Part shown: positions 35,626 to 45,337 of the stretch, piece after piece | Numbering within the stretch: position 1 is the stretch's first letter | How the letters are laid out: each line of letters begins with the position of its first letter | Assembly: GCA_964480745.1 (NCBI GenBank) | Contig: CAYZQA010000002.1 | Span: forward strand, 2,744 to 66,743 | DNA: 64,000 bases | Reading direction: 5' to 3' | From: an uncultured Sangeribacter sp. | GTDB taxonomy: Bacteria > Bacteroidota > Bacteroidia > Bacteroidales > Muribaculaceae | Program-made: the position numbers and the translations under genes | The notes under the pieces: model-generated | What the model was told of the DNA's origin: nothing | The model's database searches: none | Seen by the model: the letters and a program-made list of their open reading frames with translations, nothing else

Positions 35626-37851
35626 TTATTTCTTTTTGGTTTTGCCGAAGCGAGTGAGCCTTAGGGAATTGGTCACAACGCATACTGATGACAACGCCAT
35701 GGCTGCCGATGCGAACATTGGTGTCAGCAGGAACCCGGCCCAATAGAGTGCGCCTGCAGCCAAGGGAATGCCGATGGCGTTGTAGATGAAAGCCCAGAAA
35801 AGATTTTCACTGATAATCCGGATCGTTGCCTCTGAAAGATGAATGGCCTGGGGCAACGCCGCCGGATTGCCTGAAACCAAGGTCAGCTGTGCCACCTCGA
35901 TGGCAATGTCAGAGCCTCCTCCCATCGCTACCGAGACGTCTGCCTCCGCCAACGCCTCAGCATCATTTATTCCGTCGCCGATCATTGCCACTTTCCGACC
36001 CTCCTCTCGCAGCTTGCGGATAAAGTCATATTTGTCGGAGGGCAAGGTCTCTGCTTTCACATCTTTGATTCCCGCCTGCCGCGCAATGGCTTCAGCAGTT
36101 GCCCGCCGGTCGCCGGTCAGCAGAATAGTCTGGATCCCGGCCTTCTCAAGTTTCTCGACAGTAGAAGCGGCCTCCGGACGCAACGTATCCGAAACGCTGA
36201 ATGCCATGATGGCAGCCCCTTCTTTTTCCAGGACTACGACCCCTCGGCCTTCCGCAAGCCAGCTTTCCACGCTCTCACGCAGTTCCTGACTCCCTGTCGA
36301 CGCGAGATCCGCGCTGCCTGCTCGATATTTCTCTCCGCCGCTCGTGAACTCCATCCCTTTGCCGGGGATATAGTCGAACGTCTCGGGCGACACGGGGACA
36401 ACCCCTTTCTCTTTCATCCATTTGCAGATTGCTTCCGCCAAGGGATGGGTCGATTTAAGTTCTGCGCCATAAAGCGCCCGCTCTCCTCCCGTTCCGACAA
36501 CGGCCGTCACTCTCGGCTCTCCCCGCGTCAGAGTCCCGGTCTTGTCGAATACGACTGTGTTCACCTTTGCCAGGAGCTCAAGGGCCGTGGCATCCTTGAT
36601 AAGTATGCCGGTTCTCGCCCCGGCGCCGATGCCGGCCATGATCGCAGTCGGAGTGGCGAGACCCAGTGCGCAGGGGCAGGCGATAACCAGGACTGATATG
36701 GAGGTGACCAACGCCTGGGGCAGATGGCCCGGGCCCGTGAAATACCATAGGCAGAATGTGAGGATGGAAATGAGGATAACGGCTGGCACGAAGATTGCGC
36801 TTACCCGGTCCACCATCCGCTGCACCGGCGCCTTCGAACCCTGCGCATCGTGGACCGAACGGATGATGCGCGCAAGTTCCGTATCCGCGCCAACTTTTAG
36901 CGCGCGGATGTCTATTGTCCCGAGTCCGTTGACAGTCCCTGCCGTGACATGAGCACCGACACTTTTTTCCACTTTCTCAGACTCCCCCGTCAGCATGCTT
37001 TCGTCAATAGAGGTGGTCCCTTTCTCTACGGTCCCATCCACGGGAATTCTTTCCCCGGGGCGCACGCAGACCGTGTCGCCGGCGCGGATCGAGCCGATGT
37101 CGACCAACTTTGTCGTGCCATCGGGGAGCACAAGCAAAGCCTCGCTCGGTTGCAACTCCATCAGCGCGCGGAGGGCCGCCCCCGTGTTCCGGCGGCTGCG
37201 TGCTTCCATCAGTTTCCCCGTCAACACAAAGGCAATGATCATCGCCGCCCCTTCATAATAAAGGTCGGCGCTTATTCCATGACTTTCGAAATAGGACGGG
37301 AAAATTGTATTGAACGCGGAAAACAGGAAACTGACCGCCGTAGAAAGTGCCACAAGGGTATCCATCGACGGGCGCCCGATCAGGAGCGAGTGCCAGCCAC
37401 GGATATAGAAGTCTTTTCCGCAGACCGCAAGGACGACTATCGTCATTGCCATGTAGACCCAGGCCTCTCCGGGGAAATGGATGTGGATCATGCAGAGCGT
37501 GGCCAAAGGGATGGTCAGCGCCCATGCAAGGATTGTTTTCCATTTCATCCTTGAATAAGACCTGGCTTCCTCCTCATCTTTCAATTCCGTTGCACGCGCA
37601 AGGTCGCTCTCGACGATCATGTCGTAGCCGGCAGCGCGGACCGCTCCCGCCAGGGTCTCGGCCGAAGTCTGCTCAGGATTCCACACCACGGTCGCTTCCT
37701 GCGTCGCGAAGTTGACATCGGCTGAATCCACGCCCGGCTGAGAAGCCAGCGTCGATTGCACCGTTCCTGCACATACAGCGCACATCATCCCCGTCACCGG
37801 GAAGGAGGATTTATGTAAGGCTTTATCTATATTCTTCATCTTATGCGGCAT
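35626..37851 (-). CDS. copA: copper-translocating P-type ATPase
   Basis: HMA GMMCAVC plus CPC, DKTGT and GDGINDA motifs. Confidence 0.9.
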   Translation of the reverse strand: MPHKMKNIDKALHKSSFPVTGMMCAVCAGTVQSTLASQPGVDSADVNFATQEATVVWNPEQTSAETLAGAVRAAGYDMIVESDLARATELKDEEEARSYSRMKWKTILAWALTIPLATLCMIHIHFPGEAWVYMAMTIVVLAVCGKDFYIRGWHSLLIGRPSMDTLVALSTAVSFLFSAFNTIFPSYFESHGISADLYYEGAAMIIAFVLTGKLMEARSRRNTGAALRALMELQPSEALLVLPDGTTKLVDIGSIRAGDTVCVRPGERIPVDGTVEKGTTSIDESMLTGESEKVEKSVGAHVTAGTVNGLGTIDIRALKVGADTELARIIRSVHDAQGSKAPVQRMVDRVSAIFVPAVILISILTFCLWYFTGPGHLPQALVTSISVLVIACPCALGLATPTAIMAGIGAGARTGILIKDATALELLAKVNTVVFDKTGTLTRGEPRVTAVVGTGGERALYGAELKSTHPLAEAICKWMKEKGVVPVSPETFDYIPGKGMEFTSGGEKYRAGSADLASTGSQELRESVESWLAEGRGVVVLEKEGAAIMAFSVSDTLRPEAASTVEKLEKAGIQTILLTGDRRATAEAIARQAGIKDVKAETLPSDKYDFIRKLREEGRKVAMIGDGINDAEALAEADVSVAMGGGSDIAIEVAQLTLVSGNPAALPQAIHLSEATIRIISENLFWAFIYNAIGIPLAAGALYWAGFLLTPMFASAAMALSSVCVVTNSLRLTRFGKTKKK

Positions 37852-37863
37852 TGCGAAAAAATC

Positions 37864-39138
37864 CTACAAGTTGCGGATTCTCCACTCTGAGGGATAGAGG
37901 TTGTTGGCCCGCGTCCCTATATTCTTAACAAATCCGAGGGGCCAACCGTGATAGCAAACCGCGACAAATCCGCGCGGTGTGTCCGGGGGAAGCGCAATGG
38001 CTTCATGACGGAGATAGTTCAATATCTCCTCTTCCGAAAGCTCTACGCATGGATATTCCTTCGAAAAACCGCATAAAAGCGGCAATTCGGGAGCCGGAAT
38101 CTTCTTCCCTCCTTTTTCAGTCTCCATCGGGAAACCGTCGAGAACCACGTTTGGCTTTTTTCGCAGTTGCGCTTTCAGTCGCTCCCGGTCGCGAGACGTG
38201 CCGCATTCATGGTCGCCCGGCTTGCGAAGCACGGCTGCAAAGAGACCTTCCCCGCGTGTGAGGTGAGGCATGAAACGCAACGCCCTGTACGGCCCTGACA
38301 GTTCCTTCCCGATCCCATATTCTTCCGGCAATTCGGGAGTTGCCGACAACAGACCCAATTCTTCGATGGCAAACCGGAGATTATCCTCGTTCTCTTCCGT
38401 GTTGAAAGTGCATGTGGAATAGATCAGGAATCCTCCCGGCTTCAAGGCAGCCGCCGCATTGGCGAGGATCTCCCGCTGCAGGGAGGCGCATTGCTCCACA
38501 AGTCGTTCGCTCCATTGCGTGGCCGCCACCGCCTCTTTCCTCATCATCCCCTCGCCCGAACAGGGAGCATCCACGGCTATGATATCGAACATCTCGCCCA
38601 GCGAAGCGTATCGGGAGGAATCCGAGCGGGTCACCATTATCTCCCCATATCCCCATTTGAGCAGGTTCTCCCGAAGGATCTTTGCCCGCTGGGGGACGAT
38701 TTCGTTGGCCACCATCAGCGACCCGTCCGGAAGGGCGTTGAGCATGGATGTCGTTTTCCCTCCGGGCGCAGCGCATAGGTCAAGCACATTCAGGCCTCGC
38801 GCCGGAGCCAGCCCCCGGATTATTCTTTTGGTTAGGGTTTCATATATCATCGAGGAGGCATCCTGGACGTAGAACACCCCGGCGTGGAGCAGAGGATTGA
38901 GTGTGAATTTCGGACGCTCAGAAAGATAGATGCCGGCATCGCACCATTTCACGCCCCCCTCCGCCTCGTATCCGGCTGCCAAGGGGGAAATCGCTTTGCG
39001 CCAGTTGGCCTTGATGCTCGTCTCGGGAGGAAGGGCCATAGCTGCAAAGAATGCATCCGCGTCGTTTCCGAGCAGTTTTCTCATCCGTTCCTCAAAAGGG
39101 GCGGGAAGTTCTTCTCCGGTAGGTAATCTCAAGGCCAT
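37864..39138 (-). CDS. RsmB/RsmF-like RNA cytosine-C5 methyltransferase
   Basis: DLCAAPGGKT, DAPCSGEG and YSTCT motifs. Start moved to ATG 39138, because a TAtaTTTG box (39173-39180) lies downstream of the track start. Confidence 0.8.
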   Translation of the reverse strand: MALRLPTGEELPAPFEERMRKLLGNDADAFFAAMALPPETSIKANWRKAISPLAAGYEAEGGVKWCDAGIYLSERPKFTLNPLLHAGVFYVQDASSMIYETLTKRIIRGLAPARGLNVLDLCAAPGGKTTSMLNALPDGSLMVANEIVPQRAKILRENLLKWGYGEIMVTRSDSSRYASLGEMFDIIAVDAPCSGEGMMRKEAVAATQWSERLVEQCASLQREILANAAAALKPGGFLIYSTCTFNTEENEDNLRFAIEELGLLSATPELPEEYGIGKELSGPYRALRFMPHLTRGEGLFAAVLRKPGDHECGTSRDRERLKAQLRKKPNVVLDGFPMETEKGGKKIPAPELPLLCGFSKEYPCVELSEEEILNYLRHEAIALPPDTPRGFVAVCYHGWPLGFVKNIGTRANNLYPSEWRIRNL

Positions 39139-39172
39139 ATCTGCTTTTCTGGGTTTGTCTCTTTTTGCTCTG

Positions 39173-39180
39173 CAAATATA
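39173..39180 (-). promoter_or_regulatory. -7 box TATATTTG upstream of the RsmB/F-like gene
   Basis: Exact TAnnTTTG, 35 nt before ATG 39138. Confidence 0.45.
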
Positions 39181-39290
39181 ACACATTTTATTCGAAACCG
39201 AATTGCGGAGTAAACATGTCGCGTCCGAATGCGGAAGGCAATAAATAAGGCTTTTGATGCGTTTAATATCGTTGACCTAAAAATTCCACA

Positions 39291-40010
39291 ATGAATCTTA
39301 GCCCGGCTCTCTATCTCGTTCCGGTAGAAATTTCTTCCGCAGATGTCGACAGGGTTCTCCCTCCCGAGAACCTCAGGATCGTCAGGGATATCCGTTATTT
39401 TATAGTGGAGAATGTCCGGACGGCGCGGCGTGCGCTTCGCCGTTGGCATCGGGATTTCCCGATCGATGAATCGACATTTTTCGAGCTGAACGGCCATACT
39501 CCCGCAGAAGAAATCTCCTCATTCCTTGACCCTCTTCGGCAGGGAATGCCAGTCGCCGTTATGAGTGAGGCAGGATGTCCGGCTGTTGCCGACCCCGGCG
39601 CGGCCGTTGTGGAAATAGCCCAGAGGGAGCGGTTGAAGGTCGTGCCGCTTGTCGGCCCGTCAAGCATCCTTCTGTCGCTCATGGCCTCCGGGTTCAACGG
39701 CCAGGGATTCGCGTTCAATGGCTATCTCCCAATCCGCGAAGGCGAAAAGGCCAAGGCTCTCCGCGACCTTGAAGCTCGCTGTCGCAATCTTGGCCAGACT
39801 CAGATCTTTATCGAGACGCCTTACCGTAACAACCGGATGATCGATTTCCTGGCCTCCACCCTTCGCCCCGACACGCTGCTTTGTGTTGCCTGCGATGTGA
39901 CAGACCCCGAGCGCGAGTCCGTTATCACCCTTCCCGCCGCAAAGTGGAAGTCCGCTCCCAAGGATTATGACAAGCGTCCGGCCATTTTCCTGATCCACGT
40001 CCCATCCTGA
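39291..40010 (+). CDS. SAM-dependent methyltransferase, tetrapyrrole-methylase (RsmI-like) fold
   Basis: RsmI-like core (SEAGCPAVADPG..GPSS). Confidence 0.7.
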   Translation: MNLSPALYLVPVEISSADVDRVLPPENLRIVRDIRYFIVENVRTARRALRRWHRDFPIDESTFFELNGHTPAEEISSFLDPLRQGMPVAVMSEAGCPAVADPGAAVVEIAQRERLKVVPLVGPSSILLSLMASGFNGQGFAFNGYLPIREGEKAKALRDLEARCRNLGQTQIFIETPYRNNRMIDFLASTLRPDTLLCVACDVTDPERESVITLPAAKWKSAPKDYDKRPAIFLIHVPS

Positions 40011-40030
40011 TCCACGTCCCATCCTGATTA
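39989..40030. repeat. 17-bp tandem duplication (CCTGATCCACGTCCCAT x2 plus partial) spanning a stop codon
   Basis: 39989-40005 and 40006-40022 are identical. The methyltransferase TGA (40008-40010) sits in the second unit. Confidence 0.9.
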
Positions 40031-40061
40031 GTATCCTTCCGGATGAACTGATAAATTTTTT

Positions 40062-41051
40062 ATGCCAAAGAAAAAGATACGTTTTGATTCTCATCCTCAA
40101 CTCCCCTTCGCTGAATGGGAGGAAGAATTCGTTGTCTCCGCTCCCAAGGGGAAAGCCCCTTCCGGAGGGGGTGTGCTCACGGATCTTGATGACAATCGGA
40201 CGGCGTTGCCCCCCAAACGTATCTTCTATATCTCCCTTGCTTCCGGCTCAAGCGGTAATTCCTGCTATGTCGGCACAGAGGAAGGCGGCGTCATCATCGA
40301 CGCCGGAATACGCTCCGAACAGGTGAAGGATATTCTGGCGGCAAATGGCATACCGATGTCGCGTGTGCGCGGCCTCCTGCTGACGCATGACCACTCGGAC
40401 CATGTCAAGTATGCCTACAACCTCCTGCGCAATAACCGTCACATGACTCTGTTCTGCACAAACCGGGTCTTGAACGGACTCCTGCGCCGTCATTCGATCT
40501 CACGCCGGATCAAGGAATATCATACCCCTGTTTTCAAGGAAATCCCCTTTAAAATTGCCGGATTTGAAGTTACGGCTTTCGAGGTGCCCCACGACGGGAC
40601 AGACAACATGGGCTTCTCCCTGGAATATGACAGTCGCCGCTTTGTGCTCGCCACTGACCTTGGCGCCGTCACCGACCGTGCGCGCCATTATATGTCGCAG
40701 GCTAACTACCTTGTTATCGAAGCCAATTATGATTCGGAAATGTTGCGCTTCGGTCCTTATCCAGAATATCTTAAGGCAAGAATCAGGGATGTCAATGGCC
40801 ATCTCGACAATCAGGACACGGCCCGCTTCCTGACCGAAATTGCCAATCCTGCGCTCCGGTATGTCTTTCTGTGTCATCTTTCTAAGGATAACAACACGCC
40901 GGCAAAGGCCCTGAAGACTGTCCGCGAAGCGCTTGAGGCTAAAGGGCTGACAATCGGTTCGGCCAAGGAAACCCTCCTCGACAGAAAAGCCGATCTCCAG
41001 CTTATGGCCCTCCCCCGATTCGATCCGACGCGTTGCTTTGTTTTCCGTTAA
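40062..41051 (+). CDS. MBL-fold metallo-hydrolase
   Basis: THDHSDH (HxHxDH) motif. Confidence 0.8.
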   Translation: MPKKKIRFDSHPQLPFAEWEEEFVVSAPKGKAPSGGGVLTDLDDNRTALPPKRIFYISLASGSSGNSCYVGTEEGGVIIDAGIRSEQVKDILAANGIPMSRVRGLLLTHDHSDHVKYAYNLLRNNRHMTLFCTNRVLNGLLRRHSISRRIKEYHTPVFKEIPFKIAGFEVTAFEVPHDGTDNMGFSLEYDSRRFVLATDLGAVTDRARHYMSQANYLVIEANYDSEMLRFGPYPEYLKARIRDVNGHLDNQDTARFLTEIANPALRYVFLCHLSKDNNTPAKALKTVREALEAKGLTIGSAKETLLDRKADLQLMALPRFDPTRCFVFR

Positions 41052-41083
41052 CACCCCCCTATAAAATTTTAGATCTTCCGGGT

Positions 41084-41443
41084 CTATAGGAGCTTTGAAA
41101 GCTCTTCGGCCACATCCGCGACGCCGATCCCCAACTGCCTCATCTCTTCGGCTATGGTTGGAAGCGCCCTGTGGAAGAATTCCTTACGCCGGATAAGGCC
41201 GACCTTCTGCTGAGCATCTTCCGCCAGGATAAAACCGATTCCCCGGCGTGGGATGATTATTCCCCCGTCCTGAAGATCCTCGAAGGCTTTCATTACAGTG
41301 CGGCTGTTGACGCCAAGTTCCCCCGCCAATTCGCGGACAGAAGGAACCTGACGCCCCGCTGTCCATTCCCCTGAAAGAATGCGGGCATAAGAATAATCGG
41401 CTATCTGTTTCCAGATCGGCTTGGAATCGTTGAATTCCATCAT
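41084..41443 (-). CDS. GntR-family (YtrA-like) transcriptional regulator
   Basis: Winged-HTH GntR N-domain with a short C-terminus. Confidence 0.85.
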   Translation of the reverse strand: MMEFNDSKPIWKQIADYSYARILSGEWTAGRQVPSVRELAGELGVNSRTVMKAFEDLQDGGIIIPRRGIGFILAEDAQQKVGLIRRKEFFHRALPTIAEEMRQLGIGVADVAEELSKLL

Positions 41444-42249
41444 AGGTTGCTATGCTTCAATGCCTTGTAATTAAGCCGGACCATTATGACAATGTAAATG
41501 GCCAGCGCGATGCTGAGACCCCACGTAAAGCTGTGGTTGGCTGTCAGGGATTCCACAGCCTGCGTGGAAAGTTCGGCTGGTGAGCAGGGATCGGGTTCTT
41601 TGCCGGCATATCCGTCCTCAAAGCCCTTCTTCAAGGCAAAGATGATGCCATATATCGCTCCCACGGTCCCCAATATAATCTGAAAGACAATTACGGATAC
41701 AAATCCTTTGACAAATCGGCCTGTCCGCGGTTTTGTCACGAAGTAAAGACAGGTCAGCACGGTCGCGATTGCTCCGAAAAGATTGAGTATTCTGAGCGAA
41801 ATAGGATTGTTAAACCTGATATCGACCAGCATCATCAACTCCGATGTCTGAATTGCCGGCCAAGCCCGATAGATAAGCAACGCTGCTTCCGGAAGGAGGA
41901 AGACCGCTATGGCCGTGACTGCAAGGAAATAGATCAGACGTAGGGCCAGTTTCTCTGCCGCAGCCGCAGGGATGAGACGTTCGACAATCCTTGCATCCCC
42001 CGATTTGCAGAGCACAATCGGCCCCAGGTCATAACAGAACTGCAACGCAATCCATGAGACCGTGAAGATCCCGACCTGAAGGTAGCCATTCAAAGGAAGG
42101 AGCGTCAGAATGGCGCAAAGGAGGGATAGGGCGCCGTAAAGCGCAAGCTGCCGCAGGAAGGAACTCCGGTAGAATAGCGCTAACTGCCACACGCGCCCCC
42201 AGGAGAACCGGGAGGTGGCGCGTTCTTTGTTTTCTTCAATATATTCCAT
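41440..42249 (-). CDS. polytopic membrane protein, no recognised family
   Basis: About 6 hydrophobic helices. Start/stop overlaps with its neighbours suggest coupling. Confidence 0.6.
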   Translation of the reverse strand: MEYIEENKERATSRFSWGRVWQLALFYRSSFLRQLALYGALSLLCAILTLLPLNGYLQVGIFTVSWIALQFCYDLGPIVLCKSGDARIVERLIPAAAAEKLALRLIYFLAVTAIAVFLLPEAALLIYRAWPAIQTSELMMLVDIRFNNPISLRILNLFGAIATVLTCLYFVTKPRTGRFVKGFVSVIVFQIILGTVGAIYGIIFALKKGFEDGYAGKEPDPCSPAELSTQAVESLTANHSFTWGLSIALAIYIVIMVRLNYKALKHSNL

Positions 42250-42251
42250 GG

Positions 42252-43091
42252 TTATCGGTGTAATTCTTCCATTACTTTTGCGTTCCCCGCCGAATGGAGC
42301 GCGGAATAGAGCATCCTCCAGTCCGGGGCCGTTGGCCGATCCGGATCGGCCGGCAAGATTGCCCGCGTTATCCCCATCATTTTTTCTGAATACAGGATGT
42401 CAGGGTTTTCCTCGTTCATAAGATTCCGGAAGGCGAGTCGGCTCTCTATTTCTTCTGCCGTGGCCGCCAGTATGAGCTGCGAACGGTTGAGGATCAATAT
42501 CCCGTCAAAAAGATTTTCAAGGTCAGCTACGGAATGGGTCGAGACTATCATGGTCTGCTCCGGTTCGATAGTGGATGCGATCAGTCGTCTAAGAGTTTCG
42601 CGCCCTTCGATGTCGAGTGCATTCGTCGGCTCGTCAAGCAATACGATCGGCGTGCCAAGCGCAAGGACATACGCCAACTGCGCTTTCTTTGTTCGTCCCA
42701 ACGATTCCCCCTGCAAGTTCTCATGTCCCGTCAGTCCGAAGGCCTGGAGATTTCTGTCGAAGGCTTCTTTTGAGAAGTTGGGATAGAACCGGGAATGGAG
42801 GTCCGCAAGTTCCCGGATTGTCTTCCCGGGTAGAAACTGGTTCTCTTCAAGCAGAAATACTCGGCCCATCTCTTCCGGGCGGTCAGTCTCTGAGTCAGCT
42901 CCGTCGATTGTTATGGAGCCGAATGTCGGAGTCCGGAGTCCGGCGATCAAGTGGAGAAGTGTCGTTTTCCCCGACCCGTTTTCTCCGGCAAGGAGATGGA
43001 TTCCCGGCGCAATGGAGGCTGAGACGCCACGGAGCGCCGGGGATCCTGATTTAGGGTATGAGAAATCTATTCCTTTGATCTCGATCATCAT
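42252..43091 (-). CDS. ABC transporter ATP-binding protein
   Basis: Walker A GENGSGKTT and Walker B IVLLDEPT. Confidence 0.85.
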   Translation of the reverse strand: MMIEIKGIDFSYPKSGSPALRGVSASIAPGIHLLAGENGSGKTTLLHLIAGLRTPTFGSITIDGADSETDRPEEMGRVFLLEENQFLPGKTIRELADLHSRFYPNFSKEAFDRNLQAFGLTGHENLQGESLGRTKKAQLAYVLALGTPIVLLDEPTNALDIEGRETLRRLIASTIEPEQTMIVSTHSVADLENLFDGILILNRSQLILAATAEEIESRLAFRNLMNEENPDILYSEKMMGITRAILPADPDRPTAPDWRMLYSALHSAGNAKVMEELHR

Positions 43092-43969
43092 TCAACGGGA
43101 GTAATCGTGAAACCAGCTTTGCGCAATCCTTCGAGGACGCCGCGTTCTCCGGGAAGATGGCCCGCGCCGACAACCACCATCAGCGCCTCCGAAGGCATCT
43201 CCTCGCTGAGAATCTTCACCCAGTTGTCGTTGCGCGAGTAAATCATGCGCTCAAGCATTCCGGGTTCATCCGAGTCCGCCTCAAGCATTTCGTCATAGAT
43301 TGCCTGAATGTCGTGGGCCAGGTATGCGTCGGAGATCTTTTTGGTCTTCTCGGCCTCCGTTCCTTCTTCCCTGATTGACTTTATGAGCGACTCCGCCTGC
43401 TCAGCGATCGGCTGGTTATAAAGCATGTCTATCTGGAATTCCATCGTTTCGAGGCCGGCCACGGGTTTCCCAAGCTCGGCGGCACGATTCTGCATCGTCA
43501 TGTCGATTCCTTCCATCGGGTTGAGCTCCGGAAGAATCCTCTGGACGCGAAGGGCTGCCAGCTGGGTCGAGAGCACTGACGGCTTCATCCCGTAAAGCAT
43601 CTGGAGCGGGGCCTGGCCCCCCGTGTAATCTTCCCAGACTTTGGAAATGGAGTCGAGCTGCTCGGCAGTGAAGAGTTTGTCAAGCGTGCTGTCGGCAGGC
43701 GCGATGAACGACTGCTGCATGGCCATCAACTTCGAGGGGTCGGCCATCTGCGCCATCTCTATCTCGCCGTAAAGTTTGTCAACTCCCTGCATGATGGAGG
43801 GGAGGGCCTTGATCTCATCCACAACCTTGAGAGGGGCGAAGTGGTGGGTCCCTAAGATATAGCTGACTTTGTCAGAACCCTGTTTTTCCACTTTGTAAAG
43901 AATCTGCGCATCTGCGTTAGTCGACAGGAACATTGCCGCAAGGGCGGCGAGCAATACGGTCTTTTTCAT
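43088..43969 (-). CDS. TraB/GumN family protein
   Basis: Signal peptide plus GTHH and GAGHL motifs. Confidence 0.8.
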   Translation of the reverse strand: MKKTVLLAALAAMFLSTNADAQILYKVEKQGSDKVSYILGTHHFAPLKVVDEIKALPSIMQGVDKLYGEIEMAQMADPSKLMAMQQSFIAPADSTLDKLFTAEQLDSISKVWEDYTGGQAPLQMLYGMKPSVLSTQLAALRVQRILPELNPMEGIDMTMQNRAAELGKPVAGLETMEFQIDMLYNQPIAEQAESLIKSIREEGTEAEKTKKISDAYLAHDIQAIYDEMLEADSDEPGMLERMIYSRNDNWVKILSEEMPSEALMVVVGAGHLPGERGVLEGLRKAGFTITPVE

Positions 43970-44035
43970 TTGCTATGGTTTTGTTGGTTTAGTTTTCTAT
44001 TAAGTGTTGCGGTGTTGTAGTCCGTTACAACACTG

Positions 44036-44043
44036 CAAAGGTA
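44036..44043 (-). promoter_or_regulatory. -7 box TACCTTTG upstream of the TraB/GumN operon
   Basis: Exact TAnnTTTG, 67 nt before ATG 43969. Confidence 0.45.
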
Positions 44044-44198
44044 GAACCTCTGTCTGATATCTGCAAAGTAATTAACTAACATTAACATTAGGCTTGACAA
44101 ATTGTTTTATTTCGTTATGTCTTATTCCTTAAATATTAATAATCGTTAAATGAAAGAGAAATTTATATGTTTTATAACATTGTTTTAAAAAATATCCC

Positions 44199-44206
44199 TA
44201 CCTTTG
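44199..44206 (+). promoter_or_regulatory. -7 box TACCTTTG (sRNA copy C)
   Basis: Exact TAnnTTTG, 6 nt upstream of the conserved core. Confidence 0.55.
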
Positions 44207-44210
44207 CATC

Positions 44211-44281
44211 GAGTTTTTCATGGTATTAGATTTTAAGGTTAACGCAAGATTGGTTGTCGGGATGACAATCAATTTTTTTTT
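44211..44281 (+). ncRNA. candidate small RNA, family copy C (~70 nt)
   Basis: A TACCTTTG box lies 6 nt before the core GTTTTTCATGGTATTAGATTTTAAGGTTA. Hairpin 44249-44273 is followed by T9. Confidence 0.55.
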
Positions 44282-44352
44282 GCGCGTACGTTTCCGCTCA
44301 TTGCCAATGAGTCCTCCCGACCTCTATATTTTCATATTTCCCTGTTTTTGAT

Positions 44353-44360
44353 TAAATTTG
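44353..44360 (+). promoter_or_regulatory. -7 box TAAATTTG upstream of the UbiA-family gene
   Basis: Exact TAnnTTTG, 60 nt before the ATG and downstream of the sRNA C terminator. Confidence 0.45.
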
Positions 44361-44419
44361 TTTCGGCCAACGGATACGTTCCCTCCCCGGGAAATGCGCT
44401 CTGCTTGCCGTTTTGAGTT

Positions 44420-45307
44420 ATGAAAACCAACATTCTTGACATTGTCAGGCTTCTGCGCCCGGCCCAATGGGTGAAGAATCTATTTGTGTTTCTGCCGGCG
44501 ATTTTCGGCGGGGGCATTCTCAACGGCCATGTCATGGTCGCCGCCCTTGAGAGTTTCCTTATTTTCTCAATCGTGGCTTCCTCTATATATGTCATCAATG
44601 ACCTCCATGACCTGGAGGCCGACCGGGCTCATCCCGAGAAGCGCAGACGTCCGATTGCATCGGGCCGTGTCCCCAAAGGGGGCGCCATCGTGTTGGCCCT
44701 CCTCCTCTGCGTCGGTTGGTTCGCCCTGAATTTTGTTTTCTTTGGACTCAACCCGGCAATATGGGCCATTGTCCTCGGGTATTTCCTGATGAACATTGCC
44801 TATACGTTCGGTCTGAAGCAAGTGGCGATTGTCGATGTCTTCATTATCGCGGCCGGCTTTGTCCTGCGTGTCCTCATGGGTGGCGTCGCCTGTGGGATTT
44901 GGGTTTCTCCCTGGCTGATAATGATGGTGATGCTTCTGACGCTTCTCATCGCTTTCGGGAAGCGGCGCGACGATGTGCTGCTGATGGAGGAGGGCGACAA
45001 AGCCCCCAGAAAGTCCGTGACAGGTTATAATATCCCTTTCGTCAATCAGGTCTTGTCCATGCTGTCGGCAACAACCATCGTCGCCTATATCTGCTATACG
45101 CTCAGTCCGGCTGTCGAGGCGCGTTTCGGTTCCCGCTTCGTCTATCTGACGAGTGTTTTCGTGATTGCCGGGTTGCTCCGGTATCTTCAGATTGCAACGG
45201 TGATGCAGAAAAGTGGGCGACCGACACAGATTGTCTACGGCGACCGCTTCATCCGGATATGTGGCCTTCTCTGGCTCGCCTCTTTCTTCGTCATTATATA
45301 TTGCTGA
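44420..45307 (+). CDS. UbiA-family prenyl-phosphate phosphoribosyltransferase-like protein
   Basis: LRPAQWVKNL N-terminus, NDLHDLEADR Asp-rich motif and multiple TM helices. Confidence 0.8.
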   Translation: MKTNILDIVRLLRPAQWVKNLFVFLPAIFGGGILNGHVMVAALESFLIFSIVASSIYVINDLHDLEADRAHPEKRRRPIASGRVPKGGAIVLALLLCVGWFALNFVFFGLNPAIWAIVLGYFLMNIAYTFGLKQVAIVDVFIIAAGFVLRVLMGGVACGIWVSPWLIMMVMLLTLLIAFGKRRDDVLLMEEGDKAPRKSVTGYNIPFVNQVLSMLSATTIVAYICYTLSPAVEARFGSRFVYLTSVFVIAGLLRYLQIATVMQKSGRPTQIVYGDRFIRICGLLWLASFFVIIYC

Positions 45308-45337
45308 GCCGACGATGGATTAAACAGATTAAACAAT

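Larger units (their letters stand above)
44162..44281. repeat. left arm of a ~115-120-bp inverted repeat (contains sRNA copy C and its promoter)
   Basis: By manual alignment this is the reverse complement of 55498-55619, with 1-2 substitutions and a T-run length difference. Confidence 0.9.
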
